DNA of 63,994 nt, filler included, from Stramenopiles sp. TOSAG23-2 (taxonomy: Eukaryota): assembly GCA_900128395.1 (NCBI GenBank). It is 14 parts of 14 records of this genome, joined end to end, with 100 filler letters (N's around TTAATTAATTAA, not from the genome) between each part and the next. Parts side by side here need not be neighbours in the genome. Positions count along the whole stretch, not along the records: positions 45,893 to 50,365 come from LT650887.1; positions 50,466 to 54,930 come from LT650888.1; positions 55,031 to 59,493 come from LT650889.1; 11 more parts are not named here. One strand, 5' to 3'. Shown here piece by piece: positions 47,628 to 59,593 of the stretch. The notes beneath the pieces are model-generated. The model saw nothing but the letters and a program-made list of their open reading frames with translations. It was not told where the DNA came from and searched no databases. The position numbers and the translations under genes were made by a program. Each line of letters opens with the position of its first letter. Positions within the stretch are counted from its first letter, which is position 1.

Positions 47628-49559
47628 TCAAGGACACGCCACGGTAGCATTTGGCTTCATGCATTTCCAATTCACTTTGAATTCTGCTGGAACATCATTG
47701 AAGCTATACACCGCACTTCCAGTAGTCATAACAAATATTGCAACAAGAAGAATGCCGGCAATATTCATTTTCCATCCAGTTCGTACAAAACCAAGAAAGG
47801 GCACTTTCCCTGTTCCCTGTTTGTATTCAAAGAGAAATATGTTAGAATGACAGATATAAAAAAAATTTCTTTGCTATATGTATATATATATATTATATTA
47901 AAAACGTACCAATACAACGGCATTTGTTGGCGTTGAAATTGGCAACATAAAAGCCATTGACGCGGCCAGTGCTGTCGGCAGAGCAAGCAACAATGGGTGC
48001 ATGTTATTTTCATCGGAAAACTTGATCAAGATTGGTAACAAAATGTTTGTCGTTGCTGTGTTACTAGTTATTTCTGTTAACACCGCTACAAGCGCAACTA
48101 TAATTAAAACAAGCCAGAAATGTGGTAATGATGCTAACGGTGCGATAAAGTTAGCAATCCATTTGGTTGTATTTGTTTCTTTGAAGCCTTTTGACAAAGC
48201 ATTTCCCCCACCCATTAAAATGATAATGCCCCAGGGAATGCCAGACTCTGCCATTTTCCAATTGATTAAATTCCTTTTTCTGTCTATTTTACTTGGAACT
48301 AGGAAAAGTACAGTTGCACAAGTTAAAGATATTGCACCAGTTCCAAATAAACCTTTCCATTTCCCAAGTGCTTCATCGCATGTATATTTATTCAATATTT
48401 GATCGTTGACTTTGCCATCAACCGTACATTTTCCGATCCAAACTTTAGTTGTAAATTCATGGCAGACCATCCACGTTATCATAAATAGAAATATACCACA
48501 TACCCAGATTTCATCACGATTCATCTTTCCAAGCTTTTGAACTTCCGTTTTAATATAATCTCTGCTAATCTTCTTAACTGCACGTCCGTAAGTCAAGTAC
48601 ATAATAGCAAAACAGAAGCATTGCAAAACGATAGATAATGGCAAAAATGCTGCTATCCAATTGCCAAAACTCATTGCAACTCCATAATCGGCCTCGATAT
48701 TTGAGGTGACAACATTATTCGGTGGCGTAGCTATAATTGTTCCAACACCACCAATTGTTGCACTGTATGCAATAGCAATGTACAGCCCTTTCTCGTATAA
48801 TTTAAGACCTTCCACTTCCTCTTCGTCCGCTTCTTTTATCGTAGTCTCCATAGTGGCCATAGCAATTGGCAAGATCATTGCACACGCACCGGCATTTGAT
48901 GAAAACAATGATAAAAACCAAGGAGGAATCATAAATCCTAAAAGAATTGTTGCAGGTGTTTTTCCGATTTTGTCAATTATCACAAGAGCGATGCGTTTGT
49001 GAACATTGCATGCTTCCATAGCTGTACAAACAGTAAATACACCTACAAATAAAATTCCAGTATCAGTCAAGTAAACTTTTGCATAATTTGAAGAGCTATC
49101 CAATTCAAAGAGAGGAAACAACAAAATTGGCATTAAAGAAGTTAAATTCGGGCTAAATACACTAAACAACCATAAAAATATCATCGGTAAAAGCACGGCC
49201 AAACAACGATTGACTTTCTTAAATTCATCTGTCCCGTTCGGGTCTTTTATTTCGATCAAGGACATTATGATAAAGGATAACACCGCAAGTACGGCGCCAA
49301 CTATACGGGTTGGAGGCCATTGACCTGATTTTTCCCTTTTATCTGCATCTGGCAAAATGCCGTCATCAACGTCCAAATACCTCGAACCTCTTGGGTTGTA
49401 TTCAAAATCACCAACACTGTTCCGCGCACTGTTTCGTCCTCCTTCAACTGAAAACGAGGAAACCTTCTCTTTTGACCAAGAATTTTTATTCTTGGAACTT
49501 ACCGGAACATTTTTTTTATCCACTAATTTTATTGAATCATTTGTAACTGCTTGTGACAT
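47628..49559 (-). CDS. SLC13/DASS sodium:dicarboxylate-sulfate symporter; intron 47909-47817
   Basis: HKRIAL, SSNAG, SATIGGVGTIIATPPN, TEITSNTAT, AFMLPISTPTNAVV. Splicing continues into GTGKVPFLGFVRTG. Confidence 0.9.
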
Positions 49560-49904
49560 TGTTATATTATTCGGTTAACTAGGCAAGATTGGCGCCTTTG
49601 AAATCTCTTTCTTTTTTTTTTTGTTTATCGGTTAACACCACAGTAAATTTTATAATTGGTCGTGGATTGCTGTAATACTTGTTTCAATTTTCTTTGTTTG
49701 TTTTGACGTTTCTGCTTTTGCTGGTCAAGTTGTTGCTTGTGTAAACATATATATATGATATATGTTTTAAACACCTGTTATTCTATTATCGGCTATCGGC
49801 CCCTTTTGTGCCCTTCTTTTTTCTAAAAGCAACAAAAGTTCCTCTCCTGACTATGGGAAGGTTGTCATAGTAGGTGGTAGGCAACAGGATACCCCTAGCT
49901 AGCT

Positions 49905-49954
49905 AGTTTTCCTTGTCAGGGTACTGGCAAGGAAAATCTCTGGTGTCCAGAGTA
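49905..49954 (-). repeat. 50-bp double-hairpin dispersed element, copy A
   Basis: Exact reverse complement of 53866-53915. Confidence 0.85.
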
Positions 49955-50465
49955 GGATAGATCTAGGATACTACCCCCCTCCTACTCGATCCCCAAGGGA
50001 AGACTCGGTGAAAATACGGGAATATTTCCTTACCAATGCTATTACGTTTTATTTTTATCCTATATATTTATTTAAACGTATACTAATAAGTTGTACTTAG
50101 ATTGACCTTCATATTATTATTAAGGAGAACGGAGTTTGGAGTTTGGAGTTTGGATTATATTTAAAATATATGATGGCCTTCCAATGTAGATGTAGTGTGC
50201 CCGCTAAAACACCAACCCAATCCAACTCTTACACTCTTACCTATACTTTAACTTATATATATTTACAATAATATCCAATAAGGATAAGATATATAGACTT
50301 TGGTATTTTGTTTGGGTGGTATAGGGTGGAGTTTTGTTGATGATAATTGTATAAAATAATTACAANNNNNNNNNNNNNNNNNNNNNNNNNNNNNNNNNNN
50401 NNNNNNNNNTTAATTAATTAANNNNNNNNNNNNNNNNNNNNNNNNNNNNNNNNNNNNNNNNNNNN

Positions 50466-53343
50466 TGTAGTTGCATTTGATATAAATATCCACACGTATG
50501 TACATTCGTCAGCAATGTATATCGAAAATCTTTTTCCAAATCGCTTTACGTTAGTTACGGGAGATTCAAAAAATACGTTACCAAAATATCGTCATGATAA
50601 TCCAGAATTTCAATGTGATCTATGGTTTATCGATGGCGGGCATGATATTGATACGGCTACATCCGATCTTACCAATGCTTTGAACATGATATCTAACGAA
50701 AATGGTTATATTATTATTGATGATATAAATGATATTAATGTAAAGACGGCATGGGAAAATGTCTTGAAAGCGAATTCTTACAAATTAAAGGAAATGGAGA
50801 GGATTCATGATTCTCTCGTAACATGCTTGCAGATAAATGAAGAAACACAAGGAACGGAACCATGTAAACAATGTTATGAAGATGATTCTAATACACTATA
50901 TCCAGATTCTTGTAATGGATTTGGAAAATCCAATATTACAGTTGCAATTGGTAAAATGATACAACCATCAAAACATATTTCATCACTTGAAAAACATGAA
51001 GGAAAAATAGAAATTGTCATCAATGGAAACAAACATAATGTTATCATAAATGGGAAACACATTTTAACCTACGAAGAGCGTATAAAAGTAGCTGAAGACT
51101 CATGTATTCTTGAATCAAATGAAAAGAAGAACTTGGAATGTAAAAACGATATATTGAATTTGATGGACAATATGTTTGTACGATTGTATTGGAGTGTGGT
51201 GGAGGACTTACGAATTTACCTAGGTTCATTCGGTTTTGATGATAACGCAACAAATATTATGGAGGAAGATACTAGTCACTATTTTCTAAAATCTGTTCAA
51301 CTTAAACAAAAAGTTTTACGTTCGTATTACAAAAATGTTGGAAAACGAAAGCTATATGTTTGTGAAACTAATTTTCACTTTGGCCATAATAGTTTATTAT
51401 GGTTACTGGCTGACGAACGAGTAAATGTAGTATCGTTTAACTCCAATGCTAATAAATATGTAAAACATTCGACAGATTTCATAAATGACCTTTTTCCAGG
51501 CCGTCTTTCAGTAATAGTTGGAGAATCTAAAGTCACAATACAAAAATACCATGAAGATCATCCTGATTTTGTATGTGATTTATGGTTGATCAACAACGGA
51601 GATCACGATGATTATGAAACGGTTGCAGTTGAGCTTCAACATGCTACGAATATGATTGTTGAAAAAAATAGCTACATGATTATCAATAATATTCAAAACC
51701 ATACGATAAACGAAGTTTGGAACAAACATTTGAGATTATATCATAGGCATATGAAAGAAGTTGAAACTATAGATGATGTCATCATTTCAAATTGTATCAA
51801 GGTAGAACCTACTACATATGCAATGAAACCATGCAGTTATGGTGAAACGAGTATTAAAGTTGCAGTTGCTAGAATAATTGCAAATGAAGGAATGCTACAT
51901 TTTCCATCTAGAACTGTCATTCCTGTAGGTAATCCAGCTGATACCAAGTCTATTTTCCGGAATTTATTCATAGCAATGCTAAACGAAAAGACATCGTCAT
52001 CATCAGCAAAAATCACACTGTCCTCATCATGCTCTAACCAGCAAAATACAGCTTTGAAAACTTTACTAGATAAGAATTATTTTCAACTGGATTATTTTAA
52101 CGATGTCCTTATAGATTCATACAATGAATGTAATGAATGTGTCACGAGTGATAATTCAATGTATCTACGATTACAAATTGCTCTAGCATCGTATATACCT
52201 GAACTGAATAATATCAATATGTCAAAAAAAAATGCATGTATGAAATATGCAACTAATTATAGTTATAATGATTACGAAACGGGGCATATTATCTTGTATC
52301 AGGAAAAACGCGCCATGCAAATCCATATACAATTGTCCAAATTTAAAAATCTAATATTTCCATCACCACCATCAAAATCTTTACCAATTAAGTCATTGTC
52401 AAAAATGCAATTAACAAAAATTGGAGGTGATATATATTTTTATAGAAATTATAATGAAGGATGGGCAAAAAGAACGAATCCGATCTTTCAAGATATGCTT
52501 GCAAGAAATTTGTGTAATGGAAACACTGAGGACATGAATCATTCTTGTCCAAAGAAAATCTTAGAGTTGGGTTGTGGCGTTGCTGGTAATTTAAGGCATT
52601 TTTGCGCCACAAATAAATGTACTAGAGCTGTTTGTATAGAAGGAAGTTCATATGCACAATTTGTCAACACAATGTCACTACCACAAGAAGTTGAATTTTT
52701 AATAGGTAATCTTCAAGATGAAAATGTGTATAGGAATGTGCCAGTTAAATCGTTTGATTTAATATACCAAGTGTGGGCAACTATTGCTATATCGAATTTT
52801 AGTTTTCATATAAATTCGTTATTGCCAAATATATATAAATCTATTGTCCCAAATGGATATTTTGCAAGAGAAGGAGTATTAGGTAAAAATAAACTGAAGA
52901 ATAATGACAAAAGTGGGTACTGGAATACTAAACCATGTGGTAATTACATGGGGGGGAATCAAAAGAAGAGAAACTCACATTCAAAAGATAATGATGATGA
53001 TGATGAGATGAAGATTGAAAATATTGAATTTGAAAACAATTACTTTTTTGTTGATCATTGTTTGTTACTGGTTAGTACTGGTCATTTTAAGCTGATTGAA
53101 GATATTCGTTATTCAAATAGATGGAGTATGTTAACATCGTTAAACGGGGTTCCAACAATTAATATTACAAATAAATCATCATACCCTATGGTATGGGAAC
53201 AAAATCAAAAGATGGATAGTAGTATCGATAGGTGGAAAAATATTGTTTCTGGTGATTGTTTATTGCAAAAAATTACTGATGTTAGTGTAGATGATTTTAG
53301 AGAAGATTTAAAAAAAATTGTAGGAAATCTTCCGTATTCGTAG
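50466..53343 (+). CDS. Multi-domain class I SAM-methyltransferase-like protein (5' truncated)
   Basis: Two Methyltransf_24-like repeats (LVTGDS..CDLWFIDGGH..IIIDD; degenerate IVGES..CDLWLINNGDH) and a C-terminal ILELGCGVAG..SFDLIY domain. Confidence 0.75.
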
Positions 53344-53865
53344 TAGGTATTGAGTACTTTTTTCCAATCTGTTGTATCCCTGGTAAAAACAGTAATTATT
53401 CTATCTCAAGTAGATGCGAAATCTTGTGTAGCTGTTTTCACAGTTATTTTTATTTATGATTTTATTTTCTCTAAACAATACAGTGTTTACGTATACAATG
53501 TTGACTAAGTTAATTTAAAACAAAAGTTAATGTGCATGTCAGGTATATAAAAATAAAAACAAAAAAAAAAAGCTGGTGTTGCAATTTTTACGAGAATAAT
53601 TAAGGTATTTTACCAATCTACATTAAGGGAAAGTCTAATTTTAGTACAAAAATGCTATACATGTTCATAAAATACAATTGAATTTGTACATTGTAATTAG
53701 TTTTAAATATGAGATATAGTGTTGACAGATAAGTAGGCATGAAATACTAAGGGCGCATTTAGCCCTTAATGGAAATTCTCTAGAATTCAAAAATAATTAG
53801 ACGGCCAAATCTACATTAAGGGAAAGTTACTTTTTAGTACAAAAATGCTTACTGTGGCTTACTGG

Positions 53866-53915
53866 TACTCTGGACACCAGAGATTTTCCTTGCCAGTACC
53901 CTGACAAGGAAAACT
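53866..53915 (+). repeat. 50-bp double-hairpin dispersed element, copy B
   Basis: tactctggacaccagagattttccttgccagtaccctgacaaggaaaact. Confidence 0.85.
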
Positions 53916-54198
53916 TAGCTTACTACTGGAATAACTTCCAATAAAATATAAATAATATTGTATTATTATAGTAAAAATATATACAACAAAACACGTAATC
54001 TTCTCTGTTAATAATAAATAATTAATAGACTAATTTATATTGAAATAATAATTGAATGATGATGGTAGAAGTGTGCAAGTAAAATAGATTTAATTATTAA
54101 AAGAATATCTTTGTAATAATAAACAAAAAGAAATGTATATACAATACCACAGATAATTAGAGCTACTACAATTTTTGATTTGATATATCCACTATACC

Positions 54199-54930
54199 AT
54201 GCCACGAGAAAAAAAAATTACGTGTGGCTGGAGGAAGGTATCTATATTCACTCTTATATTAATCATCTTTGGGTTGTATGGACCAACTGTTTATTTTTCA
54301 AGCATTAATATGTCAAAAAATCGTGCTACTATTATTAGGAAAAGTGCAACTGAAGTTGAAATGGATCAAAAAGTTCCATTGCTTCAAAAGTCAAAGACTA
54401 ATTATTTTGTAGAATCTGATATTGGCATTAAGAAGGATGTTACACAAGTTCCATCGCTTCGAAAGTCAAAGAGGAATTATTTTATAGAATCTGATATTGA
54501 CGTTGATGGTGAGGAGGAGGAGGAGGAGGAAAACGACGAGGAGGAAAACGAGGAGGGGGTGGAAGAAGAGGAGGAGGAGCAAGAAGATGAGAAGGGTAAC
54601 ATTCAGGATAACACTAATATCGTCAATAATGATATTGATGAAAAGGAGAAGGAGGAGCAGAATAATGATAATAATGAACATAATAATGATGATAATTTAG
54701 AAAAGAACAAATCAGATAACAATACGAAAACGATGGTTGAACGTGATGAGAGTGATGCATCAGAAGACACACCAGAATCAAATATCTCACCCGAAAAAGA
54801 AAAAGATAAAAAAACAATAGAAAATAGCAATAATAATAATACTGGTAATAACAGAAATTTTTCATCCGGGAAAAGAGGAAACGAGCAATTATTAAAAACA
54901 GATGGTAATAAACTTGATAGCGACCATGAG
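54199..54930 (+). CDS. Type II membrane protein with acidic stalk (3' truncated)
   Basis: Basic N-terminus, one hydrophobic helix, duplicated VP.L.KSK.NYF.ESDI, Glu-rich stalk. Confidence 0.65.
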
Positions 54931-56164
54931 NNNNNNNNNNNNNNNNNNNNNNNNNNNNNNNNNNNNNNNNNNNNTTAATTAATTAANNNNNNNNNNNNNN
55001 NNNNNNNNNNNNNNNNNNNNNNNNNNNNNNTATCCTACTATAGTAAAGCTCTAATGCACCTCTGCAAACTAATACTCTACAAGCACAAGTAGGTTTCTAT
55101 CCTTCCATGCGCGTTCGTTGAACGCGTTGGACGCCGGGCTCATTCGACAACGGTGAGGCTGTCAAAGTGAAAGATCCTGTTGTGAACAACAATCGGTAAC
55201 TAGCCGGATAAAGATCTTGAAGTGCACGGTTGTGGCAAAAAGCCGCGGTTTTGATCACTTTAGCTTGTAGATTTCTACAAGTTTCATTGACCCATTGTGC
55301 TTTAAGCCAATTTAATTTTTGTTTCGTGGCAGAAGAAAGTGTAAACTTTCTGTTGGCCATTTGTTTCAAAGATAAAATTGCTAAATCACAAAACCCCCCC
55401 TGCGTGTTCATCCCGAATGGATATATAGTTGGTGATGGTGAATGATCTCCGTTGTCGTAATTTTCTTTCCTAGCCTTGGCATAACGCCTGTTCTTCGAGA
55501 AATAAAGTATATATATAAATATTTAAATTTTAAACGTCGGCTATTAAAAGGCGACCACGACTCGACTCTCCAACTCTTATTATATTAGTCCTGATACCAT
55601 GGAAGACTCGTTGAATTCAAAGGAACGACTATAAATACAACATGGAATAGAGACACGAAAAGGCATTAATTAGAAAAAAAGCTTTTGTTGAGAATGTGTA
55701 AAGAAAGTAAAAAATAATATTTGTGTATTGTTTTAATTTATCTTTTAGTGTTTTCAACATTTTGGTAACACCACGCATGCACCGTATCTCATATACTTTC
55801 ACAATTCACAACTCACCACACCTTGCTCCCCGTTTGCTCCATCTCATTTCCTCACATCTATTTGTATTTGGAATTTATATTTGATTGTTGACACGGATGA
55901 TTAGATAGACGACATCTCTCTGTATGCAAACAACTCTTTCATTCTGGACGCCTTCCTCTGATTGTATTGTTAATGATTTAAATCACCATTACCTTCTCCT
56001 ACATTTCTATAATATTAACATATTTTATGAGATATTAAAATAATACGAGTCGTATTAAAAATTGTAAAAATACTAAAAAATATTTTACGAATGATGTATC
56101 AATCTCAAGTATTACAAATTTCCACAAAAATCATTACTGAAGTACTGAAGCGAGTTCGTAAATT

Positions 56165-59100
56165 TTATCGAAACCAATCTTTAAAATTGATAAGAATATC
56201 TTTATGCTTTTCTAAATGAGCATTAAGTAACTCATCTTCATATGTATTTATGTCATATTCTAAACACCATTTTGTTACATCAGTTACCGTAGAAAATGGA
56301 CAAGTACTCAAACTGTCACTTGTGTAAAAAAACGGTACAGCCCACAAAACTTTCTGATACTTTGGTGAAGTTCTTAACCCTACACTGCCATTCGTAAAAA
56401 AGTAAGTGCCACCTTTTAACATACGCGTAACGTACTCAGTATGCCGTTGTCGTGGAATACAATCTAATAATCCCGCTTTAAGAAATCGCTCGTCTTGATT
56501 TCTTCCTAAAATTGGTTGGCAAAGTGGTTTCATATCCTTCAATGCTTGGCATTTTACTTTGATACCAATACCTCCACCCATAGCACTATATTGCCACATT
56601 TTGTGTTCTCGATAACGCAAAACATCGCTATTGTCATCCGTTAGCCAAGACTCCACTTTTTCCATATCTGATTTACTTAAGATACTATCCACATCTCGTG
56701 TTATACATACATCAATTGTTTGATCTACAAGTGGACGAAATCGTTCTACCATAGGATTCAAACCATCACGACATTGTATCAATTGAATAGGGTGTGTTTT
56801 TGATGACGTTGCAATTTTTTCTACAAAACTTTTAAGTACGAGATTATTTTGAACCGATTTATCAATATACAATCGCAATTCCCAATCAGGAAACCATATT
56901 TCAGCCGCTTTCACGTTATAACGTAAACCAATAAGATATTCTGGTAATCTGCCCAAGTTGTTCATATCAGCGTACAAACACCATGCTATAACTTTACGAG
57001 GAAATTTTGTATTAATTTTTGAGTTTAACAAAGCATTTATACCATTAGCATCACTGGTGCTTTTGTTGCAAGTGGTAGAGATACCGTCACGATTGCTGCT
57101 GATATTGTCACTGTTTTTGGTATCGATGCTTATGGTGTCGCTACTAATAATGCTAGAAGTAACACTTTTAGAATTGCTTTCATTTGCAATATTGCAAGTT
57201 TTGCTCTTTAGCGACATTAGTTTGCTACAAACCTTAGAAGTAACACTTTTAGAATTGCGTTCATTTGCAATATTGCAAGTTTTGCTCTCTAGCGACATTA
57301 GTTTGCCACAAATCTTATGCTCTTCATTAGTAATATCAAAATTAGCATGTACAGAATTGTTGCCTTCGTTGCTAGAAGTATTTCCAAAAGAAGTATTCGT
57401 AAAATAATTTTTCCCTTCGTCATCGCTAGAACTACTATCAAAAAAAGTATGTGTAGATTTATTGCCTTCGTTGCTAGAAGTATTTCCAAAAGAAGTATTC
57501 GTAAAATAATTTTTCTCTTCGTCATCGCTAGAACTACTATCAAAAAAAGTATGTGTAGATTTGTTGCCTTCGTTGCTAGAAGTATTTCCAAAAGAAGTAT
57601 TCGTAAAAACATTTCTCTCTTCGTCATTGCTAGAGCTACTACCAAAAAAAACACGCTTACATTTTACATCGTCATTGCTAGAACTACTACTACTAAAGCA
57701 ATTACGTTTTTTCTGACCTTTAAAATTGCGTTCCATATTATTTTGTTTCTTTGAATTTGGTAACTTTTCAATGGTTTGAGGAATTTTATAATTCTGCTTT
57801 TTCTCAAAACATTGTAAAGTCATATTCCTTTTTAATTTTTTGCTGGTATGAACAATACTACTGTTCTTTTGTTTCCTGGTTGGCATGTTCGTACGTTTAC
57901 CACATCCTATCATCGGCATCTTCCCATTACCATTATCACGGCCACTTTGTGTTCTGTCAATATCCATATTGCTACTACTACTACTATTACTACTTTTATT
58001 ATTACTATTATTAGTATTATTCATCCCACCACGTAAACGTAAAACCAGTTGTATAGTCGATTCCTTTCTTATATCACATTCTGCAACTACTGATGCATTA
58101 TCTAAGTCTTTGCCCTTAAAATTCAATCTTTGTTGACATGGTCGTATACCTTCTTTGTCTTCGATTTTACGTTTCAAGTTAAAAATGGTATCTGAAGTTG
58201 CAACGTTATCCAACACAATGGTCTGGCCATTTACCAGATTAATAAAAATTTGAAATGTATTGTTGTTGTTATTGTTCCTATTTCCACGACACGCACGCTC
58301 ATGCCTATTTCTACCTTGTGGATTAGCATATCCTTTTTGACAATTGATATTCATTCGACATTTATAATACCCATATCTTCCTTCATGTTTATTTCTCATA
58401 TGATCTTCTAAGTCATTTTTTCTATGGTATGAGTTTCCGCATTTCTTACATTTGTGCTGTTTCTTGTTGTTATCGTCAAATTTACAATACCCATTTTTTA
58501 TATGATTATGCATATTACTAGTACTACTAAACGTCTTTGTACAACCAATTTTTGCATTTTTACATGCAATCCGCGCTTTAAGCGGATTGATGTTGTTTGT
58601 AGATGATTCGCCTGGCGTGTCATTTGTTTCAATGGAACCATAATCATAATCCGTATTATTCATGCTTTCATTGAATGTTTCAGCTTGTGGAATCCAATCG
58701 TATCCATTAGCAATATTATCTTCAACTGTAAATAAATCACCTGGAGGACGATTCAAATCATGCATGTCTGAAAAAAGCATCTCAATATCACCGGAACCTA
58801 GGTCTACAATAGGAGGTAGCCCACTAAATACATTTTCATTATCAGAAACTTCGTTGCTTGATACATCTAAGAGTCGTTTGGTGAACCATGATATATTGTT
58901 TAAGCTAAAACTAATATCGTCAGAATAACCTTGGTCCACATTTTGGTCGAGATTCAAAGCAGGTATAACCATATGAGAGTTGCGTTTCCTTGTTTCTACA
59001 TTACGTTTTCTTTTTCTCTCACGTTCTATCTTTTGAAATCGTTTATCTAAGTTGGTTTTTCCCCTCCTGATTCTCGTTCTTTTTCTACTGTTATAATTAT

Positions 59101-59493
59101 TATCTACCCCCATGTCATTTTTATTATCTTCGCCACTGGGTTTACTTTCATCATCTTTTTGACGTGGAAGATTACAATTGGAACTACTCATTCCGCCACT
59201 TAATCCTGTACGATCTCCATCGACTAATCCATTAGCAACTTGGATCTGTAAATCATTAACATTAGCCCCTTCTTGTAATGGTTTTGTTGCATTTTTCTTT
59301 TTTTCCTCCCGTTTTCTTCTTCTTTTTATGGTTCTTCGATTTTTTGTTGCATCTCTAATAGCACATTCAACACTCTCTTGCACTCCTTCATCCCACAATA
59401 AAGACGAATGACTCCGTTTCGTAGATTTTAAATGTTTGGCACTCGCTTGTTTTTTTCTTCTCTTTGTCGTAGATAGTGGATTTGCATCGGTGC
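56165..59493 (-). CDS. Zinc finger + internal ubiquitin + repeats + glycosyltransferase-like fusion protein (5' truncated)
   Basis: Three C2H2/C2HC fingers; FQIFINLVNGQTI..KIEDKEGI..QQRL..LVLRLRGG; C-terminal KVIAWCLY..FPDWELRLY..ERF..ITRDVDS..WL..MGGG. Frame stays open to the contig end. Confidence 0.8.
57150..57690 (-). repeat. Coding tandem repeats (81-bp x2; 102-bp x~2.5)
   Basis: K.C.KLMSL.SKTCNIANE.NSKSVTS twice; FTNTSFGNTSSNEGN three times. Confidence 0.85.
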
Positions 59494-59593
59494 NNNNNNN
59501 NNNNNNNNNNNNNNNNNNNNNNNNNNNNNNNNNNNNNTTAATTAATTAANNNNNNNNNNNNNNNNNNNNNNNNNNNNNNNNNNNNNNNNNNNN

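Noticed and set aside
55097..55500. Minus-strand ORF downstream of the ubiquitin fusion gene
   Set aside because: No recognisable domain or clear start; cannot be supported as a gene.
4509..59593. Regularly spaced TTAATTAATTAA motifs as a biological repeat, and gene clustering across them
   Set aside because: Artificial six-frame-stop linkers between length-sorted contigs; no synteny can be inferred.
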